A stretch of 12,183 bases of DNA from positions 1-12,183 of IMG/VR virus record IMGVR_UViG_2651869691_000007. One strand, written 5' to 3'. The DNA comes from a virus. Its lineage: Duplodnaviria; Heunggongvirae; Uroviricota; Caudoviricetes. Under the pieces are notes generated by a model, which saw only the letters and a list, made by a program, of their open reading frames with translations, ran no database searches and was not told where the DNA came from. This document shows positions 1 through 6,498 of the stretch, piece by piece (the first letter of the stretch is position 1; every line of letters starts with the position of its first letter). The position numbers and the translations under genes were made by a program.

Positions 1-261
1 CTTTCTTTTTTCTCCTTTTATTTCAGAGTGATAGGTGGTGAATAATGGGTGAAGGGTGAACATTCGATTCTTCACCTACGGCATTCTGCCGGTGTGACTT
101 GTACAGGGGATTAATCCTCCGCACTGAAATCACACAGGGCGAAAAAAGTTTTTTTTGATTTGATTGTTCACACTGTTCACCTTTCGTTTTTCTCTTTTAA
201 TTTCAGTGTGATAACGGGTGAATACACGGTGAAGGATGAACAGTGGATTGTTCACCTGCGG
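1..261. repeat. crr: crr-like cis replication region: two ~81-bp imperfect direct repeats (1-81 and 181-261) each carrying type-I iteron variants
   Basis: Seen directly: repeat A (1-81) and repeat B (181-261) align at ~85% identity; both contain GGTGAATA, GGTGAAGG, G(G/A)TGAACA and an inverted TGTTCACC; two more inverted iterons at 165-181. P4 crr is described as two direct repeats with TGTTCACC iterons bound by alpha. Repeat A may start before the window. Confidence 0.6.
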
Positions 262-274
262 GGAATTCAGGGAT

Positions 275-300
275 AAAAAAAAGACCGGCAGATGCCGGTC
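275..300 (-). terminator. Rho-independent terminator downstream of alpha
   Basis: On the minus strand: GACCGGC-AUCU-GCCGGUC hairpin (283-300) followed immediately by U8 (275-282); lies 17 nt past the alpha stop codon (317-319). Confidence 0.65.
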
Positions 301-316
301 AGATGAGTCATGATGG

Positions 317-2650
317 TCAGGTTGTCGCAGGGTCGTCACATTTTGGCAGCCAGTCGCCGTAGCTTTCCTCTTTCAGTGTCAGGTTGGTCTGTATCCCCTG
401 TTTGGTATGGCGCTTCTCGTAATTCAGTCCGTATTCCTTCAGCATCACCGGTAGCCCCAGCCCGAACATTTTCAGACTGAGTACATTCCGGTAGCCGTTT
501 GCCTCCATGTAGGCCAGACAGGCGTGATAGAGGTATTTACGGTAATTACGCGGGATGATACTGGCGTTCCCCATATACATGCCGCTGGTCTGCGGCAGGG
601 TTTCCAGATAGCCGATAAAATCAAACGTCGGGTCGGCATCCCGTTTGATGTTCAGCGCCTCGTCTGAGTTCTGCTGGGACTGAAGCAGTGACCGGGCGAG
701 CATCGGGTCGCTGAACTTCTGCATCAGGTGACGCACGATGACCGCCAGCTCGCGGGTGATTTTGTCCTTAAGCTGCGGGTCGCGCTCCTGCGGGGCTATC
801 TGTTCCGGGAAGTGAATAATCACCCGCCGGCGTGACACGCCGCCGCTGCGGTCGGTGAAGCGCATCGGGTTATTGTTCACGGCCAGAATCACCGCCGGGA
901 TATGCGTGGAGTACGCATCCCGGTATTTCGGGTCAACGGACACCGCATCGCCGCCGGTGATGGCCTTGAGTCCGGCACCGTCGCCGCTCCATTTTTCCTG
1001 GTCCGGCAGGCGTATCAGTGAGAAGCCAGTTAACGCGGCACGTTCACGCGGGGATTCCAGCGTCTCAATGGTGGCCGACGTGGCGTTATCCTCCCCGGCC
1101 AGCAGGGTGGCGATTTCGGCCATGATACTTTTGCCGCTGCCGCCGGGACCGGTCACCTCCAGAAAGAGCTGCCAGTCGTAGCGGTTTGCCAGCACCATAA
1201 ACAGTGCGGCCAGAATCACGTCGCGTTTTTCCGCACGGCCACCGGCGGCACGGTCAAGCCAGCGCCAGAACGCGGGGGCGTGGGTCTCCAGCGTTTCACC
1301 GTCCACCGGCGGGGTGAAATCCACATCGCACAGGGTGCGCATCCAGTGTGACGGACTGTGCGGGTGGAACGTGCCGTTCTGCGTGTCGAGCACGCCGTTA
1401 CGAAAGCCAATCAGGCGGCGGGAGGGGGCTTCCTGCTGCGGAATAATCAGCTTCAGGGTGTCCACCACGGAGGCCACCTTCCCGGAGGAGAACGGCGCGC
1501 GCAGACGCTGAAACAGCCCGGCCACATCCCGGGCAAAGTCCTGTGGCGGCAGCACCTTCCAGACACCATTTTCATAGCGGGACAGAAGCTGGCCGTTGGC
1601 ATCGACCGCGAGCGCCTCGCCGTAATGCTCATAGATACGCATGGCCTTTTCGCTGGTACTCATGGCGGAAAACTCCGCTTCGCTCATGGTGTCGAACGGG
1701 CTTTCAGCCGGTGGCCGGATGGCATCATAAATGGCCTTACGGGTGGCCTCCCCGCCGTACTGCGTGAAGGCATCATTCCAGTCACCGAAGACCGGCGGCA
1801 GGGCAACAACACCCTCACACGCATCTGCGGCTGCGGCGGCTTTTGTCTGGCCGTCACCGCTGAGGTCACGGTCTGCGGCAAGGACAATCTGACAGGCCGG
1901 ATACTTCTGCCGGGCAAGGCTGGCCAGAGAAAGGAGGTTCACGGAAGAAAGCGCCACCATCACCGTTTCACCGGTCAGGTGATGCACGGTAAGTGCGGTC
2001 GCGTATCCCTCCGCTATCCACAGACGTTTTCCGGCCTGATTCTGTCCTTCAAAGATGTGACAGGTGCCCCTGACCTGCCCGCCTTTCAGAGTGCGCTTAC
2101 GGCCGTCAGCACTGATTAACTGAAGGTTAACCAGTTCGCCACTGTCGTCATACAGTGGCACCACAAGGTCACCGGCGCGCCAGCTCACGCCACCGGCTCT
2201 GTGTGTGCCGGTCAGCATCCGGCATTCCCGGTCGGGAAAGCCCTTGCGGGTCAGGTAGGCGTTACCGGTTCCGGGACGGGTTTTTGCCATCAGGGTTTGT
2301 GCCAGTGCGGCGGCGTTCTTCCGGGCAGCGTCTGTTTCAGCGCCGGCGGCGGCCGTCACTGCCGGGTCAGCCGGGGGCAGGCTGCCGGTCACGGCAGCCA
2401 CCTTTGCGGCCGCGTCGGACGGGGAGACACCAAACACCTTTTCAACCAGTTTCAGGCCGTCACCGGCACCACACTGATTGCAGTACCAGGTGCCGCGCCC
2501 CTCCCTGTCATCAAAACGGAAGCGGTCACTCCCGCCACAGACCGGACAGGGCTGATGACGGTTTTTCAGCACCTGAATCCCCAGCGCCGGGAGAATACGC
2601 GGCCAGTGGCCGAGCGCATGGCTGACGGTGGCGGTTACGTTCATTTTCAT
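317..2650 (-). CDS. alpha: P4 alpha-type DNA primase-helicase (777 aa)
   Basis: 777-aa ORF; N-terminal Cys4 zinc ribbon (CPVCGG...YCNQCG), TOPRIM-like segment (WIAEGYATAL...LAADRDLSGDG), Walker A GPGGSGKS. Length and N-terminus match recalled P4 alpha. The C-terminal domain would bind the TGTTCACC iterons seen at ori and crr. Confidence 0.9.
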   Translation of the reverse strand: MKMNVTATVSHALGHWPRILPALGIQVLKNRHQPCPVCGGSDRFRFDDREGRGTWYCNQCGAGDGLKLVEKVFGVSPSDAAAKVAAVTGSLPPADPAVTAAAGAETDAARKNAAALAQTLMAKTRPGTGNAYLTRKGFPDRECRMLTGTHRAGGVSWRAGDLVVPLYDDSGELVNLQLISADGRKRTLKGGQVRGTCHIFEGQNQAGKRLWIAEGYATALTVHHLTGETVMVALSSVNLLSLASLARQKYPACQIVLAADRDLSGDGQTKAAAAADACEGVVALPPVFGDWNDAFTQYGGEATRKAIYDAIRPPAESPFDTMSEAEFSAMSTSEKAMRIYEHYGEALAVDANGQLLSRYENGVWKVLPPQDFARDVAGLFQRLRAPFSSGKVASVVDTLKLIIPQQEAPSRRLIGFRNGVLDTQNGTFHPHSPSHWMRTLCDVDFTPPVDGETLETHAPAFWRWLDRAAGGRAEKRDVILAALFMVLANRYDWQLFLEVTGPGGSGKSIMAEIATLLAGEDNATSATIETLESPRERAALTGFSLIRLPDQEKWSGDGAGLKAITGGDAVSVDPKYRDAYSTHIPAVILAVNNNPMRFTDRSGGVSRRRVIIHFPEQIAPQERDPQLKDKITRELAVIVRHLMQKFSDPMLARSLLQSQQNSDEALNIKRDADPTFDFIGYLETLPQTSGMYMGNASIIPRNYRKYLYHACLAYMEANGYRNVLSLKMFGLGLPVMLKEYGLNYEKRHTKQGIQTNLTLKEESYGDWLPKCDDPATT

Positions 2651-2664
2651 GGTGTTGTTCTCCT

Positions 2665-2985
2665 TCAGTGCAGTACCGGCGCTTTTATGTGACGGGCACA
2701 GAGTTCATCCATCACAACCAGCCCGAGAAAGGACAGCGACGGCGCGGCCTTCAGGGGGCCGGATTCCATTAAATCTTCCAGCAGGGCACAGGCTATCTGA
2801 CGCCCTTTTTCCTCACCGTGCTGGCGCAGATAAAAGCCTTCCAGCTCAGCGGCGATGGCCGCCTCCAGTGACTCAAGGGTGAGATGCGGGTAGCGGTGCT
2901 GACGTTCGCACACGGTCAGCCAGGCACAGGCGACAGCGCGACGGTAAAGGGCAGCGCGTAAGACGGGCGGTAAGGGTGTTTTCAT
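2665..2985 (-). CDS. P4 orf106-like protein (106 aa), function unknown
   Basis: 106-aa ORF immediately upstream of alpha in the same operon; AGGGAG Shine-Dalgarno upstream of the ATG; position and length match P4 orf106. Confidence 0.7.
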
Positions 2986-3047
2986 TTGCTTTTCTCCCTG
3001 TGACAGATGACTGCATTCCGTGCCGGTTGCATTAACTGATAAGGCAT
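2982..3047 (-). CDS. Candidate 21-codon leader ORF ([21 protein letters not shown]) translationally coupled to orf106
   Basis: ATG at 3047 preceded by AGGAG (3056-3060) with 8-nt spacing; stop TGA overlaps the orf106 ATG as ATGA (2982-2985). Below the ORF-track length cutoff; no homology evidence. Confidence 0.25.
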
Positions 3048-3120
3048 ATCTGCGTCTCCTGAAGACGTGCGTATCCCTGCGCGAATACGCACATTTAATT
3101 TTTCGGGGGTCGTTTTTTAA

Positions 3121-3576
3121 TTACAGATAATTGCGGTAACTGTTATCCGGGGTGGTTTCCGGGTCAGGCTCCGTGCGGGGAATTTCCCGCCATTCCCGCG
3201 CCACCGGTGCCGCCCGGCTGACCGGAACAGGGGCCTGCGGGTAAATATCCAGATATTTCTCCCGCCATTTCTGTAATTCCGGGTCTCCGGCCATTTCTTT
3301 CAGTACCGCATGCCTGTTTACGGGGCTGCGTTTAAACAGGTCAGGACGGTCACAGGTAAATTCCCGCAGAAAACGCCCCAGCGGGATGTCTGTGGTGCGC
3401 CCGTCAGCGAGGATACGCACAAGGATACTGAATTTACGGCGGTACGGGTTCCAGACAATGTCCGGGCAGCGGTACGGCATTTCCCACGGAATACCGTCTT
3501 CCAGAATGCCGACCACGGCCACATCGGGAAAACCGGCAGAACGGTAAATCTCACCGGGCTGGGGAAAATCAAACAT
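3121..3576 (-). CDS. P4 orf151-like protein (151 aa), function unknown
   Basis: 151-aa ORF between epsilon and orf106; size and position match P4 orf151. Confidence 0.7.
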   Translation of the reverse strand: MFDFPQPGEIYRSAGFPDVAVVGILEDGIPWEMPYRCPDIVWNPYRRKFSILVRILADGRTTDIPLGRFLREFTCDRPDLFKRSPVNRHAVLKEMAGDPELQKWREKYLDIYPQAPVPVSRAAPVAREWREIPRTEPDPETTPDNSYRNYL

Positions 3577-3856
3577 GCGTCCTGTCTCCCCGGTCTTTCT
3601 GCTGGGCGAGAAAATCGCGGCACAGGCCTTTGGCTTTCAGCTCATTCAGCACAAAATCAATATCTTCATTCAGGTAGCTGAAAATATGCGGAATGTAGAG
3701 CTGATGCAGGCCGGAGAGTTCACGGTGAATCAAATCACCCCCAACAAACCGGGATACGGCGCTGGCGCGGTTGAGCTTATGGTAAGCCTCAATGCTGAGG
3801 TGTTCACGGGCGTCATGACGCGCTGAGACGGTCTGAGGGGCTTTTTTATTACGCAC
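3569..3856 (-). CDS. epsilon: P4 epsilon-like protein (95 aa; derepressor of helper prophage in P4)
   Basis: Tail of the 177-aa track ORF. Proposed start is GTG at 3856 with GGAGG 6 nt upstream, giving 95 aa ([15 protein letters not shown]...). The GTG overlaps the last codons of kil; the stop overlaps the orf151 start by 8 nt. Confidence 0.65.
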   Translation of the reverse strand: MRNKKAPQTVSARHDAREHLSIEAYHKLNRASAVSRFVGGDLIHRELSGLHQLYIPHIFSYLNEDIDFVLNELKAKGLCRDFLAQQKDRGDRTHV

Positions 3857-4046
3857 GGGACACCTCCACCACCGGCAGACGGGCAGCAAGGGAGAGCACA
3901 TAGTCACGGACAAGGGAACGGCGGGCGCTGCGTTCATCACCGGCGACGGTGCGAAGCATACAGATACGGGGATGACGGTCTGCGCGACGGACAGCCGCAA
4001 ACACAAAGACAAATTCAGGGTGTGAGGGGGTAAGGGTTGTAGCCAT
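3849..4046 (-). CDS. kil: kil-like 65-codon ORF, first translated gene after PLE
   Basis: ATG at 4046 preceded by strong SD AAGGAGG (4055-4060); 65 aa ([12 protein letters not shown]...VVEVSRA); forms the in-frame C-terminal part of the longer eta ORF, as described for P4 kil/eta. Confidence 0.6.
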   Translation of the reverse strand: MATTLTPSHPEFVFVFAAVRRADRHPRICMLRTVAGDERSARRSLVRDYVLSLAARLPVVEVSRA

Positions 4047-4448
4047 GATGGCAGCCTCCTTGAAGTAACAGTTACAGCTACCACTAGAGTTCCTACGCTC
4101 ATGGGTGGTAGCCCGGACGGGGGTAGGAATACCGGCCTTCAAGGAAACCGGCCAGCCCGAAGGCTGCCCCGCCCGGACCACCATTATCTGACAGAGGCTA
4201 CGGTTTAAAAACCACAGCCAGAAAAACAGGTGTGCCGAAGCAACGACGTAAAAAAAGACGCATGGCGCGTCATATGTCGCCTTGAAGTAACTCGGGTTCC
4301 TACGCCCGGCTGCCGATTTTGCGGCAGCGGAAAAACTATATCCGCAAATGCCGGAAAAAGGCAAGCCAGAAAAAGGGAGTTTTTGCAGAGCGGGCATCAT
4401 CATGCGTCGTACCCCCGTTTGCGTCCGGCAATGCGTCCGGCCATCCAT
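3849..4448 (-). CDS. eta: eta-like long ORF (199 aa) starting upstream of PLE and containing kil in frame
   Basis: 199-aa ORF whose ATG (4448) lies upstream of the predicted PLE (4335-4364) and which spans the cI region. Matches the nested eta/kil arrangement reported for P4; translation is expected only from PLL transcripts. Confidence 0.4.
   Translation of the reverse strand: MDGRTHCRTQTGVRRMMMPALQKLPFSGLPFSGICGYSFSAAAKSAAGRRNPSYFKATYDAPCVFFYVVASAHLFFWLWFLNRSLCQIMVVRAGQPSGWPVSLKAGIPTPVRATTHERRNSSGSCNCYFKEAAIMATTLTPSHPEFVFVFAAVRRADRHPRICMLRTVAGDERSARRSLVRDYVLSLAARLPVVEVSRA
4104..4172 (-). ncRNA. cI: cI immunity RNA region (contains seqB)
   Basis: Minus-strand transcript 4172->4104 (69 nt) is closed by GGUGGU/ACCACC, has an internal CAGCC-UUCG-GGCUG tetraloop hairpin, and carries seqB (4123-4144) complementary to seqA (4280-4305) and seqC (4058-4098). 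Processed ends cannot be set from sequence. Confidence 0.45.
4250..4271 (-). terminator. Hairpin plus U7 in the PLE leader (candidate attenuator/terminator between seqA and cI)
   Basis: Minus-strand RNA: GACGC-GCCAU-GCGUC (4257-4271) followed by U7 (4250-4256). The stem is short (5 bp), so efficiency is uncertain. Confidence 0.35.
4335..4364 (-). promoter_or_regulatory. Candidate sigma70 promoter PLE (-35 TTGCCT, 18-bp spacer, -10 TATAGT)
   Basis: On the minus strand: TTGCCT (4359-4364), 18-bp spacer, TATAGT (4335-4340); sits inside eta, just downstream of the vis stop and upstream of seqA, as expected for P4 PLE. Confidence 0.4.
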
Positions 4449-4666
4449 GCGGTGACTTCAGAGTGCAGCCAGGCCACATTTTTACCGCCAAGACTCACCT
4501 GCGGCGGAAATTCCCCCTTACGGATGAGTTCGTAGATGGTCGAGCGTGACAGGCCGCACAGGTGCATCACTTCCGGAAGACGTAAAAAACGCTCCTGTGT
4601 GATGTCCGGCAGCGGCATCAGTGGCGTCACAGGGGCGGGAGAAGGGGAAGAAAAAACAGCTTGCAT
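4400..4666 (-). CDS. vis: Vis/AlpA-family small DNA-binding regulator (88 aa)
   Basis: 88-aa ORF with AlpA-type HTH ([46 protein letters not shown]); GAGG SD 7 nt upstream; first gene downstream of the PLL dyad; matches P4 vis (orf88) in size and position. Confidence 0.75.
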   Translation of the reverse strand: MQAVFSSPSPAPVTPLMPLPDITQERFLRLPEVMHLCGLSRSTIYELIRKGEFPPQVSLGGKNVAWLHSEVTAWMAGRIAGRKRGYDA

Positions 4667-4768
4667 CGGGCTACCTCGTTAATGTCCATACAGCACCGGA
4701 TAAGTCCGTCCGGCTTCGGGTAGCGCTTTATTTTGTGAATATTTTCAGCAGACGCAACAGGGGGGATT

Positions 4769-4786
4769 TGTTCCGGCAGCCTTACA
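4769..4786 (-). promoter_or_regulatory. TGT-N12-ACA dyad: candidate Delta/Ogr activator site of late promoter PLL
   Basis: Exact TGT(4769-4771)-N12-ACA(4784-4786); sits roughly 100 bp upstream of the vis ATG (4666), consistent with a -55-centred activator site for a minus-strand promoter. The -10 element is weak, as is typical for activator-dependent P2/P4 late promoters. Confidence 0.45.
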
Positions 4787-4811
4787 ATGCTTGTGTATTT
4801 TTTGTTCATCT

Positions 4812-4841
4812 CCACTTAAAGTCATTTAAAGCCACTTAAAG
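4812..4841. repeat. Three tandem 10-bp repeats (CCACTTAAAG / TCATTTAAAG / CCACTTAAAG)
   Basis: Seen directly; the 10-bp period puts the sites on one helix face; located between the PLL dyad and the ori iterons. Confidence 0.5.
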
Positions 4842-4945
4842 CAATTCGTAATTTTTATAGTGAAATACAAATCGTTTTTTCTTATTCATTCCCGGCGAAT
4901 TAATAAAAACAAACAGTAATAAACAGCACAAAAAGCCCATCAACG

Positions 4946-5050
4946 GGTGAACAGTGGTGAACAGACGGTGAACAGCCATTACTGCAATTGTTCACCCTTT
5001 AACTTACTGTATTACCTATCTTTTTTCTTATGGTGAACAGAGGTGAACAG
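4946..5050. repeat. ori: ori-like iteron cluster: six type-I iterons (five direct GGTGAACAG, one inverted TGTTCACC)
   Basis: GGTGAACAG at 4946-4954, 4956-4964, 4967-4975, 5032-5040, 5042-5050; inverted TGTTCACC at 4989-4996. Flanked by AT-rich DNA and a 15-bp direct repeat AAAAACAAACAGTAA (4905-4919 and 5061-5075). P4 ori is reported to hold six type-I iterons. Confidence 0.6.
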
Positions 5051-5128
5051 TAAAATATAAAAAAACAAACAGTAAGCCGGTTTTTCCTGCGACCTTTTCC
5101 TGGCTTGCCGGTCTGAGGATGAGTCTCC

Positions 5129-5146
5129 TGTGTCAGGGCTGGCACA
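5129..5146 (+). promoter_or_regulatory. TGT-N12-ACA dyad: candidate Delta/Ogr activator site of late promoter Psid
   Basis: Exact TGT(5129-5131)-N12-ACA(5144-5146), centred ~82 bp upstream of the sid ATG (5219), consistent with a -55-centred site and a short leader. Confidence 0.5.
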
Positions 5147-5218
5147 TCTGCAATGCGTCGTGTTGTTGTCCGGTGTACGTCACAATTTTCTCAACCTGAA
5201 GTGACGAGGAGCCGGAAA

Positions 5219-5928
5219 ATGTCTGACAACACCATCCCTGAATATCTGCAACCCGCACTGGCACAACTGGAAAAGGCCAGAGCCGCCCACCTTGAGAACG
5301 CCCGCCTGATGGATGAGACCGTCACGGCCATTGAACGGGCAGAGCAGGAAAAAAATGCGCTGACGACTGGCGCACGGCCTTTCGTGCAGCCAGTGGTGTC
5401 CTGAGCGACGAGCTGAAACAGCGCCACATTGAGCGCGTGGCACGCCGGGAGCTGGTACAGGAATATGACAATCTGGCCGTGGTGCTGAATTTTGAACGCG
5501 AACGCCTGAAAGGGGCGTGTGACAGCACGGCCACCGCCTACCGGAAGGCACATCATCACCTTCTGAGTCTGTATGCAGAGCATGAGCTGGAACACGCCCT
5601 GAATGAAACCTGTGAGGCGCTTGTCCGGGCAATGCATCTGAGCATTCTGGTACAGAAAAATCCGCTCGCCAACACCACCGGGCATCAGGGCTACGTCGCA
5701 CCCGATAAAGTTGTCATGCAGCAGGTGAAATCATCACTGGAACAGAAAATAAAACAGATGCAAATCAGCCTCACCGGCGAGCCGGTTCTCCGGCTGACCG
5801 GACTGTCAGCGGCAACGCTCCCGCACATGGATTATGAGGTGGCAGGCACACCGGCACAGCGCAAGGTGTGGCAGGACAAAATAGACCAGCAGGGAGCAGA
5901 GCTTAAGGCCAGAGGACTGCTGTCATGA
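5219..5928 (+). pseudogene. sid: sid (external capsid size-determination scaffold) interrupted by a frameshift
   Basis: ATG at 5219 (GAGGAG upstream; MSDNTIPEYLQPALAQ...) runs in frame 2 to TGA at 5402-5404. The continuation (…AFRAASGVLSDELKQRHIERVARRELVQEY… to 5928) is open in frame 1 from 5335. The two frames overlap only in 5335-5401, which contains an A7 run (5349-5355). A sequencing error is possible. Confidence 0.6.
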
Positions 5929-6425
5929 TTTACTGCCCGTCGTGTGGACATGTTGCTCACACCCGTCGCGCACATTTCATGGACGATGGCACCAAGATAA
6001 TGATTGCACAGTGCCGGAATATTTATTGCTCTGCGACATTTGAAGCGAGTGAAAGCTTTTTCTCTGACTGTAAAGATTCAGGAATGGAATACATTTCAGG
6101 CAAACAGAGATACCGCGATTCACTGACTTCTGCCTCCGGCAGTATGAAACGCCCGAAAAGAATGCTTGTTACCGGATATTGTTGTCGGAGATGTAAAGGC
6201 CTTGCACTGTCAAGAACATCGCGGCGTCTGTCTCAGGAAGTCACTGAACGTTTTTATGTGTGCACGGATCCGGGCTGTGGTCTGGTGTTTAAAACGCTTC
6301 AGACCATCAACCGCTTCATTGTCCGCCCGGTCACGCCGGACGAACTGGCAGAAAGCCTGCATGAAAAACAGGAACTGCCGCCAGTACGGTTAAAAACACA
6401 ATCATATTCGCTGCGTCTGGAATGA
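5925..6425 (+). CDS. delta: Delta late-gene transcriptional activator (duplicated Ogr-type zinc finger, 166 aa)
   Basis: 166 aa with two Ogr-like Cys4 modules (MIYCPSCGHVAHTRRAHFMDDGTK...CRNIYCSATF and CCRRCKGLALSRTSRR...CTDPGCGLVF); ATGA overlap with the sid stop. Confidence 0.85.
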   Translation: MIYCPSCGHVAHTRRAHFMDDGTKIMIAQCRNIYCSATFEASESFFSDCKDSGMEYISGKQRYRDSLTSASGSMKRPKRMLVTGYCCRRCKGLALSRTSRRLSQEVTERFYVCTDPGCGLVFKTLQTINRFIVRPVTPDELAESLHEKQELPPVRLKTQSYSLRLE

Positions 6426-6498
6426 GGGCTGCCGGTTAACCCCGGCCGTCGCCGCACACCGTATTTTTATTCTTCAGCATGATGAGAAAGAGATAACG

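Noticed and set aside
130-339. 69-aa minus-strand ORF overlapping the crr repeats and the alpha terminator
   Set aside because: Spans a repeat region and an intrinsic terminator, has low-complexity composition and no RBS.
855-2692. Several plus-strand ORFs of 108-253 aa (855-1181, 1358-2119, 2155-2625, 2201-2692) antisense to alpha
   Set aside because: They lie entirely inside the well-supported alpha gene on the opposite strand, are Arg/Gly/Pro-rich as expected for random frames in GC-rich DNA, and have no plausible ribosome-binding sites.
3569-4102. 177-aa minus-strand ORF extending epsilon upstream to an ATG at 4102
   Set aside because: The extension overlaps kil in another frame and has no RBS; a GTG with a well-spaced GGAGG at 3856 gives the 95-aa product expected for epsilon.
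4104-4172. Possibility that the acceptor-like closing stem marks a tRNA gene
   Set aside because: No cloverleaf with D and T arms or anticodon loop of proper dimensions; the complementarity to seqA/seqC and the context fit the P4 cI regulatory RNA instead.
4946-5050. Short direct repeats considered as a possible CRISPR array
   Set aside because: Repeats are 9-10 bp with 1-2 bp spacing rather than ~30-bp repeats with unique spacers; they match the TGTTCACC iteron family expected at a P4-type origin.
5180-5701. Minus-strand ORFs of 70-173 aa antisense to sid
   Set aside because: Antisense to a gene with a clear promoter and RBS and with protein-like composition on the plus strand; no start signals; GC-rich frame artefacts.
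6429-6445. Small hairpin (GCCGG-TTAAC-CCCGGC) between delta and psu as an attenuator
   Set aside because: The T-run begins ~15 nt after the stem and the stem is only 5 bp; insufficient for a confident call.
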